From Oscillospiraceae bacterium (GTDB lineage: Bacteria > Bacillota > Clostridia > Oscillospirales > CAG-272), in the NCBI GenBank assembly GCA_015065295.1, contig SVQN01000002.1, positions 37,465-101,464 of the forward strand: DNA of 64,000 nt, written 5' to 3'. This document shows positions 1-9,333 of the stretch, piece after piece; position 1 is the stretch's first letter; every line of letters starts with the position of its first letter. The notes under the pieces are model-generated. The model was not told where the DNA came from, did no database searches, and saw only the letters and a program-made list of their open reading frames with translations. A program made the position numbers and the translations under genes.

Positions 1-771
1 CTTGTCGATGTATGCGCCGTTGGCATATTCGTACATCTTGTCGAGCGTCCACTTACCGTCGCGGACGATATCGTAAATGTTCTGTTCGGGGTAGAATTCC
101 AGCCACTTGTTGGAGTTGATGTAGGTAACGTATACGCCGCCGGTGTAGCGGAGAGCCATCGGACCGGTTACGAAGAAGTTCGATCCCTTATAGGAAAGGT
201 CATCGATGTACTGAACGCCCCAGTAGTCGCGTTCAAAATCGTTGTAGGGGAACAGTTCGGCATTGGCAAGGTTGAAAATGAGGTTTTCCGCAGCGATACC
301 GGTACCGTAATACTGATACAGACCGCCGATCTGGATATCATCAGTACCTGCCTGAACCTGTGTGCGGATCGCGCCGGTCGCCGTGCCGGAGCCGCCGATA
401 GAGGTAATGGACAGCTTGCAGTTCAGACCTTCCATGATGTTGAGGTTGCGCTGGTAAACCGCAGAGTCCACAACGTCGCCGGTATCTTCTTCAACCCATA
501 CGGAGCGTTCGGTCAGCGCACCGTTGCCGCCTTCTTCGAGAGAGAAGGTCACTTCATAACCATTGAGGTTGAGGTCGGACGGAAGGTCGGACATGGTATA
601 GAAGGTCTGCGGAGGCTCGGTTTCCGCCTCTTCTGCACCTGCTTCCGGAGAGGTCGTCACCGTGGAAGCATCGGGGGAAGTTCCTGCGTTATCCGTCGCG
701 TCGGAGCAGGAGGTCATCACACTGGATGCGAGCATGACCATTGCCAACACGAACGTCAGCGTTTTTTTCAT
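1..771 (-). CDS. Extracellular solute-binding lipoprotein (ABC sugar-binding type), runs off the window edge
   Basis: Manual translation from ATG at 771 (GGGAG SD upstream): MKKTLTFVLAMVMLASSVMTSC lipobox, a T/E/P-rich linker, then DTGDVVDSAVYQRN...DIVRDGKWTLDKM, typical of clostridial family-1 solute-binding proteins. Confidence 0.75.
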   Translation of the reverse strand, partial: MKKTLTFVLAMVMLASSVMTSCSDATDNAGTSPDASTVTTSPEAGAEEAETEPPQTFYTMSDLPSDLNLNGYEVTFSLEEGGNGALTERSVWVEEDTGDVVDSAVYQRNLNIMEGLNCKLSITSIGGSGTATGAIRTQVQAGTDDIQIGGLYQYYGTGIAAENLIFNLANAELFPYNDFERDYWGVQYIDDLSYKGSNFFVTGPMALRYTGGVYVTYINSNKWLEFYPEQNIYDIVRDGKWTLDKMYEYANGAYIDK

Positions 772-1009
772 AATTATCATATCTCCCTTGTATGTTTGTA
801 TATATTTAATGAAATATTTGAGAACTTTTGTTATCTTATCACACGTCCGGTCAAAAGTCAAGCAATGCCGGCGAATAATGACAGGAATAATTTAATTTTC
901 TTAAAAAACAAACGAATGTTTCTCATTTGGGTTGAAAAATTTTGACAGAATTTCCGGGACGGGCGATATTTTCTCCTGCGGAAGCCTTTTGGGGAAGTGG
1001 GATTTGCTC

Positions 1010-1448
1010 CATGTGTGTTGAATATTCACAATTCATTCATAAAGTAAGCAGGCATACGCTCCCCTTCTGTCATTCCGAAGGCGAAACTCACTGTAAATTC
1101 AAACTGCACGTCCTGCCTGAGGAATCTTCGCACTCTCCTGTGTCAGCCGTAGTAGTTGTCCGTGGTTGTTTTGAAATTTCGACTTCAGAGGTTTACGAAC
1201 GTCCATAACGACCAGTTTGCACAAATCAAAAAACAGCAGATTATACGTTATGACAAAGTTGAACCTCTGTAGCTGAATAGGAGAGAATACCACGGACATC
1301 CTTTACGGCTGACACAGAGGAGTGCAAAGATTCCTCGGACAGGAACTGTAGCTGTAATTTCCAGAGATAAGTCCTCGGAATGACAGCGTTGGGTGCAAGG
1401 GTAGCGTTTGACTTGTTCACAGATTGTTTACCGTATTCAACACACATG
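1010..1448. repeat. ~440-bp nested imperfect inverted repeat (giant hairpin, family C)
   Basis: CATGTGTGTTGAATA 1010-1024 pairs with 1434-1448. CTGTCATTCCGA 1067-1078 pairs with 1375-1386. The GAGGAATCT..CACTC..TGTGTCAGCCGTA..TGTCCGTGGT arm pairs with ACCACGGACA..TACGGCTGACACA..GAGTG..AGATTCCTC. Confidence 0.85.
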
Positions 1449-1517
1449 AAATTTGTTCCGCAGCCTCAGGTTTCTCAAAGAATCCCCCGCATTCCAAAAA
1501 ATGATCGCACAAATTTC

Positions 1518-1546
1518 TTGACAAATCTCCCGCACAGTGATATAAT
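1518..1546 (+). promoter_or_regulatory. Sigma-A promoter of the T-box/valS leader
   Basis: TTGACA(1518)-17 bp-TATAAT(1541) with extended TG. Confidence 0.85.
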
Positions 1547-1565
1547 GAAACGTACACATAAAAAG

Positions 1566-1820
1566 CAAAGGCAGAGACGGGAAGAAGTAGTCCGCAAAGC
1601 GGCGTGCAGAGAGTGGGGGGAAGCTGGAATCCCCATCGTCAGCAGCGGAGGAAGTAGTCCCTGAGCCGTGCGGGTGAATCGGTGGTTCAGTAGCCCGCGC
1701 CGTCTGTCCCACGTTACAGGGAACGGGGATGTTTGTCCCCATAAGTGCGCCCGTATCATCGGGCGAATCCGGGTGGTACCGCGCTGTTCTGCGTCCTGTA
1801 GTTTCTATGGGGCGTTTTTT
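1566..1820 (+). promoter_or_regulatory. T-box riboswitch (Val, specifier GUA)
   Basis: AGTA and AGAGA stem I motifs, GAA-GTA specifier at 1654-1656, T-box AATCCGGGTGGTACCGCG at 1766-1783, terminator GCGTCCTGTAG..CTATGGGGCG-TTTTTT at 1791-1820; valS lies downstream. Confidence 0.92.
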
Positions 1821-1846
1821 ATTTTTTCAATCACGGAGGTGGCACT

Positions 1847-2407
1847 ATGCCGTATCTTGTCGCTGTGTCCGGCGCGTCCGGGTCGGGAAAATCGACCTTT
1901 GCCGATGCGCTCAGAACGTATCTCGAATCCCGTCAGAAAACGGTGTGCGTCATTGCCGCCGACCGTTATTTCAAAAAAGACCTGCCCAAAATGATCTCCC
2001 CCGCCGACGGCGAAGAGTATTCCGACTGGAATCACCCCGACTCCGTCGATATGCCCGCTTTCCTTGCGGCTGTCCGCGAAGCGATGGATTCCGGAGAATA
2101 CGATTTCGTCCTCATCGAGGGCGTCACGATCTTCTGCCACGAGACCGTACGCGAAATGGCAGACGTGAAACTCTACGTCGACGCATCCATTGAAATGCGG
2201 ATCTACCGCCGCATCGCCCGCAACGTCGTCACCAAGGGGCAGACCATCGAGTTCATCGGCGGTTACTACCTCAAGTGCGCCCGCTACCGCGAAACGGAAT
2301 ATTCCCTCCCGTCCGCCAAATATGCCGACTGGCATATTGACAACGAGTGGGGCTTCGATATCGACGCGGAAGGCGCAAAAATTCTCGAAAAGCTCAATGC
2401 TTTATAA
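1847..2407 (+). CDS. Uridine kinase-like P-loop nucleoside kinase
   Basis: Walker A GASGSGKST, DRYFK, WNHPDSVD, IEG and RIYRRIAR motifs of the uridine kinase/PRK family; GGAGG SD. Confidence 0.8.
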   Translation: MPYLVAVSGASGSGKSTFADALRTYLESRQKTVCVIAADRYFKKDLPKMISPADGEEYSDWNHPDSVDMPAFLAAVREAMDSGEYDFVLIEGVTIFCHETVREMADVKLYVDASIEMRIYRRIARNVVTKGQTIEFIGGYYLKCARYRETEYSLPSAKYADWHIDNEWGFDIDAEGAKILEKLNAL

Positions 2408-2446
2408 TATTTTCTCCATGTTAATTTACCGAAAGGATTCAATAGA

Positions 2447-5065
2447 ATGAGAAAAGAACTCCCCAAGACCTATTCTCCGTCCGAATTTGAAGGACGCATC
2501 TATGCCGACTGGTGCGAGCAGAAACTCTTCACTCCCACCATCGACCACTCCAAGGAACATTACTCCATCGTTATTCCCCCGCCGAACATCACCGGTCAGC
2601 TCCACATGGGTCACGCGCTCGACAACACCCTTCAGGACATCCTGATCCGCTACAAGAGAATGCGCGGCTTCTGTACCCTCTGGGTTCCCGGCACCGACCA
2701 CGCCTCCATCGCCACCGAAGCGAAGATCGTGGAAGCGATGCGTAAGGAAGGCCTCACCAAGGAAGACCTCGGCCGTGACGGATTCCTCGAACGTGCATGG
2801 GCATGGAAGGAACAGTACGGCGGACGCATCATCGAACAGCTCAAGAAGATGGGTACCTCCTGTGACTGGTCCCGCGAACGCTTCACCCTCGACGAAGGAT
2901 GCAGCAACGCGGTCCGCGACGTTTTCCAGAGACTGTACGACAAGGGTCTGATCTACCGCGGCGAACGCATCATCAACTGGTGCCCGCACTGCAAGACCTC
3001 CATCTCCAACGCCGAAGTTGACTACGAAGAACAGCATGGTCACTTCTGGCACATCCGTTACCCGCTGGTTGGCGGCGGCGGATACGTTGAAGTTGCCACT
3101 ACACGTCCGGAAACCCTCCTCGGCGACACCGCCGTTGCAGTCAACCCGAACGATGAACGCTACAAGCACATGATCGGTCAGTACGTTGTTCTCCCGCTCG
3201 TCGGCAGACGTATTCCGATCGTTGCGGACGAACACGCTCAGCTCGACAAGGGTACCGGCTGCGTAAAGATCACGCCCGCGCACGACCCGAACGACTTTGA
3301 AGTCGGACGCCGCTGCCATCTCCCGATGGAAGTTGTTCTGACCGAAGACGCAAAGATCACCGACAATTACCCGAAATATGCCGGCATGGATCGTTACGAA
3401 GCGCGCAAGGCAATCCTCGAAGACCTCCGTGCAGGCGGCTATCTTGCGGAAATCGAAGACCTGACCCACGAAGTCGGCACCTGCTACCGCTGCGGCACGA
3501 CCATTGAACCGATGGTTTCTCTCCAGTGGTTCGTTCGTATGGAACCCCTCGCAAAGCCCGCGATTGAAGCGGTACGCGACGGCCGGATCAAGTTCATCCC
3601 CGAACGCTTCGACAAGAACTACTTCCACTGGATGGAAAATACGCAGGACTGGTGTATCTCCCGTCAGCTCTGGTGGGGTCACCGCATTCCCGCGTACTAC
3701 TGCGACGACTGCGGCCATACCGTTGTCAACAAGGACGGCTGCGAAGTCTGCCCGAAGTGCGGCGGCCACATGACGCAGGACCCCGATACGCTTGACACCT
3801 GGTTCAGCTCCGCTCTCTGGCCGTTCTCCACGCTCGGCTGGCCGGAAGATACCGAAGACCTCAAGTACTTCTACCCGACGAACACCCTCGTTACAGGTTA
3901 CGATATCATCACCTTCTGGGTATCCCGCATGATCTTCAGTGCGCTGGAATACACCGACAACATTCCGTTCGACACCGTCCTCATCCACGGTCTTGTCCGC
4001 GACGCACAGGGCCGCAAGATGTCCAAGTCTCTCGGCAACGGCATCGACCCGCTCGAAATCATCGACAAGTACGGCGCAGACGCGCTCCGGTTCGCTCTCG
4101 CAACCGGCAACAGCCCCGGAAACGATATGCGCTTCTCCGACGAACGTATTGAAGCGGCCCGCAACTTCGCAAACAAGCTGTGGAACGCGGCTCGTTTCGT
4201 CATGATGAACCTGACGATTGACAAGATCGAACTTCCCGCAGCGGAAAAGCTGTCTGCGGAAGACAAGTGGATTCTCACCAAGTTCGAACAGTGTGTACAG
4301 AACGTCAACACCAACCTCGACAATTACGAAATCGGCGTTGCTCTGTCCTCCGTTTACGACTTCCTGTGGGACATTTACTGCGACTGGTACATTGAACTTT
4401 CCAAGCCGTCCGTTGCGGCAGGCGGCGAACGCGGCGAATGCGCGCAGAACGTTCTGGCGTATGTCCTCCGCGAAACCCTCAAGCTCCTGCATCCGTTCAT
4501 GCCCTTCATCACCGAAGAAATCTACAGCGGTCTCCCGGGCGAAGAAGGCAGCATCATGGTCAAGGATTACCCGGTTTACAACGAAGCCCTCGTCTTTGCG
4601 GCGGACGAAGCAAACATGGAAAAGGTCATCGACGCGATCAAGGCGATCCGGGCGCGCCGTGCGGAAATGGGCGTTGTTCCGTCCCGCAAGGCAAAGCTCT
4701 TCATCGAAACGAAGTATCCGGAAGCGTTTGCAAACAGCGCGTCCTTCTTCGAAAAGCTCGCGTCCGCATCCGGCATGGAACTCGTTGACGCATACGACGA
4801 CGATACCGCCGTCCGTGTCATCACTTCTGCGGCGACCGTTCACATCCCGCTGGGCGACCTCGTGGACTTTGAAGCGGAACGCAAGCGTCTCGAAGGCGAA
4901 CTCAAGAACGTCGAAAACGAAATCAAGCGCGCCGAAGGCAAGCTGAACAACGAAGGCTTCATCAGCCGTGCTCCGGCAGCCGTTGTCGACGCAGAACGCG
5001 CAAAACTCGAAATGTACAAGGAAAAGCGCGAAGGCGTTATCGCTGCGATTGCAAAGTTAGGTTAA
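2447..5065 (+). CDS. valS: Valine--tRNA ligase
   Basis: PPPNITGQLHMGH (HIGH), DWCISRQLWWGH, KMSKS and C-terminal coiled coil; Val T-box upstream. Confidence 0.98.
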   Translation: MRKELPKTYSPSEFEGRIYADWCEQKLFTPTIDHSKEHYSIVIPPPNITGQLHMGHALDNTLQDILIRYKRMRGFCTLWVPGTDHASIATEAKIVEAMRKEGLTKEDLGRDGFLERAWAWKEQYGGRIIEQLKKMGTSCDWSRERFTLDEGCSNAVRDVFQRLYDKGLIYRGERIINWCPHCKTSISNAEVDYEEQHGHFWHIRYPLVGGGGYVEVATTRPETLLGDTAVAVNPNDERYKHMIGQYVVLPLVGRRIPIVADEHAQLDKGTGCVKITPAHDPNDFEVGRRCHLPMEVVLTEDAKITDNYPKYAGMDRYEARKAILEDLRAGGYLAEIEDLTHEVGTCYRCGTTIEPMVSLQWFVRMEPLAKPAIEAVRDGRIKFIPERFDKNYFHWMENTQDWCISRQLWWGHRIPAYYCDDCGHTVVNKDGCEVCPKCGGHMTQDPDTLDTWFSSALWPFSTLGWPEDTEDLKYFYPTNTLVTGYDIITFWVSRMIFSALEYTDNIPFDTVLIHGLVRDAQGRKMSKSLGNGIDPLEIIDKYGADALRFALATGNSPGNDMRFSDERIEAARNFANKLWNAARFVMMNLTIDKIELPAAEKLSAEDKWILTKFEQCVQNVNTNLDNYEIGVALSSVYDFLWDIYCDWYIELSKPSVAAGGERGECAQNVLAYVLRETLKLLHPFMPFITEEIYSGLPGEEGSIMVKDYPVYNEALVFAADEANMEKVIDAIKAIRARRAEMGVVPSRKAKLFIETKYPEAFANSASFFEKLASASGMELVDAYDDDTAVRVITSAATVHIPLGDLVDFEAERKRLEGELKNVENEIKRAEGKLNNEGFISRAPAAVVDAERAKLEMYKEKREGVIAAIAKLG

Positions 5066-5075
5066 ATAAAGTTTT

Positions 5076-5133
5076 TGTGGGGAGGCACTTTTTGAAAAAA
5101 GTACCTCCCCACACCCCACCTCAAAAACTTTTC
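5076..5133 (-). repeat. REP-like hairpin, family A copy 1
   Basis: GTGGGGAGGCACTTTTT-G-AAAAAAGTACCTCCCCAC stem plus ACCCC..AAAAACTTTTC tail. Confidence 0.8.
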
Positions 5134-5149
5134 AACTGGGTATTGATTT

Positions 5150-6370
5150 ATGATTGATTTACCGCGTATTTTTATAACCGAAAAGGGCGAGCGGCACGCG
5201 AAGTCCGGACATCCGTGGGTATTCGAAGGGGAGGTTGTACGGATTGACGGTATGCCTGATAACGGCGAACTTGTTCATGTGTTCTCCCCGAAGGAACGGT
5301 TTCTCGGGACGGGTTACTACAATGACAATTCAAAAATCCGCGTACGCCTGATTTCCCGCAACGCGAACGACAAGTTCGATGCGGATTTCTACGAACGCCG
5401 CATCCGCTATGCCCTCGACTACCGCAAGACCGTTATGGGGGACGATTTCCGTTCGTCCCGGCTGATTTTCGGCGAAGCCGATCAGTTCCCCGGACTGACT
5501 GTTGACCTGTTCGAGGACATTGTCGTCGCGCAGACGCTCTGTCTCGGGACGGAGAAAATCAAGGATATGCTGTTTGAAACGCTCGTCCGCGTTCTGCCGG
5601 AATACGGCGTGAACGTCCGCCGGGTATACGAACGCTGCGACGTAGCGGTGCGCGAACTCGAAGGAATGGAACAGTTCTGCGGCTATTGGAAACCGGAAAT
5701 GTTCGCCGGAGATGCCGACGGACACGTTACCATCACCGAAAACGGGATACACTATGATGTGAACTACATCGACGGACAGAAGACCGGTTTTTTCCTCGAC
5801 CAGAAGTACAACCGTCAGGCGGCGGCAAAGCTGGCAAAGGGCCGGCGGGTTCTCGACTGCTTCACCCACACGGGAGCGTTCGCGCTGAACTGTGCGGCAG
5901 GCGGCGCGGATCATGTCACGGCGGTCGATATCTCCGAAACGGCAATCGAACAGACGAAAAAGAACGCCGCGATGAACGGTCTGACCGACCGGATGTCCTT
6001 CTTCTGCACGGACGTATTCAAGCTCCTGACCGACATGGTGAACGAAAAACGGCATGATTACGACTATATCATCCTCGACCCGCCGGCGTTCACGAAATCC
6101 AGCTCGACGGTACGCGACGCTTACCGCGGGTACAAGGATATCAACCTCCGTGCCATGCGCTGTCTGCCGCGCGGGGGCTATCTCGCAACGTGCAGCTGCT
6201 CGCATTTCATGAAAACCGATCTGTTTGAAAAAATGCTCGCCGATGCGGCAGGGGATGCCGGCGTCAGCCTTCGCCAGATCGAACACCGGACACAATCCCC
6301 GGATCACCCGATTCTGTGGAACGTTCCGGAAACCGATTACCTGAAATTCTATCTGTTCCAGGTTGTGTAA
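5150..6370 (+). CDS. RlmI-like SAM-dependent rRNA methyltransferase
   Basis: N-terminal PUA-like GHPWVF, GEADQFPGLTVD, GQKTGFFLDQ, VLDCFTHTGAF, ILDPPAF. Confidence 0.92.
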   Translation: MIDLPRIFITEKGERHAKSGHPWVFEGEVVRIDGMPDNGELVHVFSPKERFLGTGYYNDNSKIRVRLISRNANDKFDADFYERRIRYALDYRKTVMGDDFRSSRLIFGEADQFPGLTVDLFEDIVVAQTLCLGTEKIKDMLFETLVRVLPEYGVNVRRVYERCDVAVRELEGMEQFCGYWKPEMFAGDADGHVTITENGIHYDVNYIDGQKTGFFLDQKYNRQAAAKLAKGRRVLDCFTHTGAFALNCAAGGADHVTAVDISETAIEQTKKNAAMNGLTDRMSFFCTDVFKLLTDMVNEKRHDYDYIILDPPAFTKSSSTVRDAYRGYKDINLRAMRCLPRGGYLATCSCSHFMKTDLFEKMLADAAGDAGVSLRQIEHRTQSPDHPILWNVPETDYLKFYLFQVV

Positions 6371-6372
6371 TA

Positions 6373-7911
6373 ATGAAGAAATCCTTTGGTTTCGCAAAAA
6401 CCGCCGCACTGATGGGCATCATCATCCTTGCGGCAAAACTGATGGGGCTGGTGCGTGACATCATGGTTGCCGGAGCGTTCGGCACAACGACGGTCGCCGT
6501 GGCTTACGAAACCGCGTCGCGCCTGCCCGTCACCATTTTTGACTTCGTCCTCGGCGGGGTAGTCACGTCCGCGTTCATCCCCGTCTACAACAGCATCGCC
6601 GTGAAGGAAGGAAAAGACAAGGCATCCGCCTTCGCGCAGTCGTACACCAACCTGATTCTTCTGCTGACCGGCATCATTGCGGTTCTCGGCGTGATATTCG
6701 CTCCCGCGCTGGTATCGTTCATCGCGCCCGACCTTGCCGCCGATGCGGCGGAACTGTCCGTCCGTCTGACGCGGATCATGTTCCCGATGGTCATTTTTGT
6801 CGGTCTGGCATTCACGTTCGTCGGATTTTTACAGTCCGAAGGGGAGTACAACATCCCCGCCGTCATCAGTCTGGTGTCCAATCTCATCATGGTCGGCTGG
6901 CTTGCCGTGTCCGGCCGGTGGATCGACGATCCCCTGACCGCCGTGACGGGACTGTCGCTTGCCATGCTGATCGGATGGGCGGCACAGGCGGCGGTGCAGA
7001 TTCCCGCGGTACGCAAACGCGGCTTCCGCTTCCGTCCGACCGCACCCGTTCTCACGCCCGATACGAAACGTGCGGCGAAAAACGCGCTGCCCATTCTCGC
7101 GGCAACGTGGACAACGCCGGTCTGCACGCTCATCAATACCCGTCTCGCTTCGGGCATTGACGGCGCGATCAGTATGCTCGGCTACGCAAACCGGCTGTAC
7201 ATCATTATCGTCGGACTGTTTTCGTTCGTTGCAACCAATCTGCTGTTCCCGTATTTCGCACGCGCGGACGCGGCGGGAAATACCGGTGAAAAAGACCGCA
7301 TGACCCGCACGTCCGTGAAGGTGCTGACGTTCATCATCGCGCCGATTTCGGTCGGCGTGGCGGTGCTCGCGGAACCGTTTGTGTCGCTGATTTACGAAAA
7401 CGGCGCGTTTGACGCGGCGGATACCCTCTGGACGGCAAACGCTCTGCGGTTCTACGCCGTCGGGATGGTCTTCACAGCCGTCAGCGAGGTACTGACCAAA
7501 GCCTTCTTCGCGGCGGAAAAAACGAAATATCCCATGCTCGCGGCGGTTGTTTCGATGACGTTCAACATCGTCGTCGTGATTCTGATCGGCGGATGGCTGC
7601 ACATCGGCGGCATCGCGCTGATTTCCGGTCTGGCTGCGGCGGTGAATATGCTCGTCAACCTGATCTTCGCTTATCGCACCGGAATGATCTCCCGTTCCCT
7701 GCCGGACGTACTGGACATCGTGAAAACGATCGTTTCCGCCGCCGTCATGGGCGTTACGGTGGGATTCGTATACCCGCTGACCTCCGCCCTTCCGATGATC
7801 GTCGGCTTCGCGCTGTCCGTCCTGACGGGCGTGATCGTCTACGCGCTCTGCGTAACAGTGCTCCGCAGTGAAGAAATGTGCGGAATTCTGAAAAAACTCA
7901 AACACCGATAA
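6373..7911 (+). CDS. murJ: MurJ/MviN family lipid-linked oligosaccharide flippase
   Basis: About 14 TM segments, AKLMGLVRD, SAFIPVY, LGYANRL, YENGAF; start moved to ATG 6373. Confidence 0.85.
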   Translation: MKKSFGFAKTAALMGIIILAAKLMGLVRDIMVAGAFGTTTVAVAYETASRLPVTIFDFVLGGVVTSAFIPVYNSIAVKEGKDKASAFAQSYTNLILLLTGIIAVLGVIFAPALVSFIAPDLAADAAELSVRLTRIMFPMVIFVGLAFTFVGFLQSEGEYNIPAVISLVSNLIMVGWLAVSGRWIDDPLTAVTGLSLAMLIGWAAQAAVQIPAVRKRGFRFRPTAPVLTPDTKRAAKNALPILAATWTTPVCTLINTRLASGIDGAISMLGYANRLYIIIVGLFSFVATNLLFPYFARADAAGNTGEKDRMTRTSVKVLTFIIAPISVGVAVLAEPFVSLIYENGAFDAADTLWTANALRFYAVGMVFTAVSEVLTKAFFAAEKTKYPMLAAVVSMTFNIVVVILIGGWLHIGGIALISGLAAAVNMLVNLIFAYRTGMISRSLPDVLDIVKTIVSAAVMGVTVGFVYPLTSALPMIVGFALSVLTGVIVYALCVTVLRSEEMCGILKKLKHR

Positions 7912-7924
7912 TTCTTCTGTTTAA

Positions 7925-7980
7925 AAAGGTTTCGGAAAGGGGTTCGGGGAAACCCCTTTCCTTAAAAGGGTTTTCCCCGA
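7925..7980 (+). repeat. REP-like hairpin, family A copy 2
   Basis: AAAGGTTTCGGAAAGGGGTTCGGGGAAACCCCTTTCCTTAAAAGGGTTTTCCCCGA. Confidence 0.85.
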
Positions 7981-7999
7981 GAAATCCAAGGAGACTACC

Positions 8000-9121
8000 A
8001 TGATTCGTGTACTGAATATTCTGACCGACTCCAATATCGGCGGGGCGGGGCGGCTTCTCGTGAACTACCTGCGGAACTTCGACCGGACAGAGTTCGAGAC
8101 CGCCGTGGTTCTTCCTGCCGGTTCCGACCTGAAGCCGTGCGTCGAGGAAGCCGGCTATCCCGTCATCGAAATCCAAAACGGGCGTGACAAAAGTATGGAT
8201 TTCGCGGCAATGCGCGAGGTCCAGCAGATCATCCGCGAATGGAAACCCGACATCGTCCACACCCATTCGGCGTTCTACGGCAAGATGGCGGCGTATCTCT
8301 GCGGCGTGAAGTCGCGGTTCTATACCCGTCACAGCGCGTTTCCCCCGCCGAAAAAGCTGACAACCTTCCCGGGAAAGCAGATCAACGGCTTTGTCAACAA
8401 CACCCTTGCGACGGACATCGTCGCCGTGGCGCAGGCAGCCGCCGACAATATGACCGACACGGGCGTCAATCCGAAAAAAATCACCGTCATCATCAACGGT
8501 GTGGACGAAATGCGCCGGACAACGGCAGAGGAACAGGCGGAACTCAAGCGTTCGCTGAACATCGCGGATTCCACGTTCGTCTGCGGGATTTCCGCCCGTC
8601 TGGAGCCGTACAAGGGGCATTCGTACCTGCTCGATACGATGAAAACCGTTCTGGAAGCCCATCCCGACACCGTTCTGCTCGTCATCGGCGGCGGTTCGTG
8701 CGACGCGGAACTGAAAGAACAGGCGAATTCGCTCGGCATCGCGGATCGTGTCATTTTCACGGGGTTCGTGAACGATGTCGCACCGTACTACAACATCATG
8801 GATCTGAATCTCAACTGTTCGTGGGGAACGGAAACGTCCTGCCTCGCGCTGTCGGAAGGCATGAGCCTGTACGTTCCGGCGGTCGTAACGACCTACGGCG
8901 GCAACCCGTACATGATTACCGAAGGCGTAAACGGACTGCTCGTCCCGGAAAAGGACAGCCCCGCGATGGCGGCGGCGATGCTGAAAATCATGGACGATCC
9001 GGCACTGCGTCAGAGACTTTCCGCAGGCGCAAGAGAGATGTACGAGAAGAAATTCACGGCGGCGGCGATGACCCGTCAGCTCGAGGAACTGTACCGGAAA
9101 TCCGTCGGAAGATGGAAATAA
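8000..9121 (+). CDS. Glycosyltransferase family 4 (GT-B)
   Basis: IGGAG, PDIVHTH, ARLEPYKGH, ETSCLALSEGM (EX7E), GGNPYMI. Confidence 0.9.
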   Translation: MIRVLNILTDSNIGGAGRLLVNYLRNFDRTEFETAVVLPAGSDLKPCVEEAGYPVIEIQNGRDKSMDFAAMREVQQIIREWKPDIVHTHSAFYGKMAAYLCGVKSRFYTRHSAFPPPKKLTTFPGKQINGFVNNTLATDIVAVAQAAADNMTDTGVNPKKITVIINGVDEMRRTTAEEQAELKRSLNIADSTFVCGISARLEPYKGHSYLLDTMKTVLEAHPDTVLLVIGGGSCDAELKEQANSLGIADRVIFTGFVNDVAPYYNIMDLNLNCSWGTETSCLALSEGMSLYVPAVVTTYGGNPYMITEGVNGLLVPEKDSPAMAAAMLKIMDDPALRQRLSAGAREMYEKKFTAAAMTRQLEELYRKSVGRWK

Positions 9122-9216
9122 TATCCTTTCCGGACAATTCTGATTTTCAATACCCTGCAGAAATTGACACGCGGGGTATTTTTTATAGGCAAACTGCCAA
9201 AATGAATAAAAAGGTC

Positions 9217-9245
9217 TTGACTTATTCAGAATATGGGTGTAAAAT
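9217..9245 (+). promoter_or_regulatory. Sigma-A promoter of the TRAP operon
   Basis: TTGACT-17 bp-TAAAAT. Confidence 0.6.
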
Positions 9246-9333
9246 AAGACTAATTTTGATTGGCGGGGGATTTTTTTGAAGCCCCCGCCGGAAAAATTTC
9301 AAAATCTATCATTATTCGAAAGCAGGGAATGTT

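Noticed and set aside
662-2193. Short ORFs overlapping the family C hairpin and the T-box
   Set aside because: No SD or recognisable motifs; explained by non-coding structure or shadow frames
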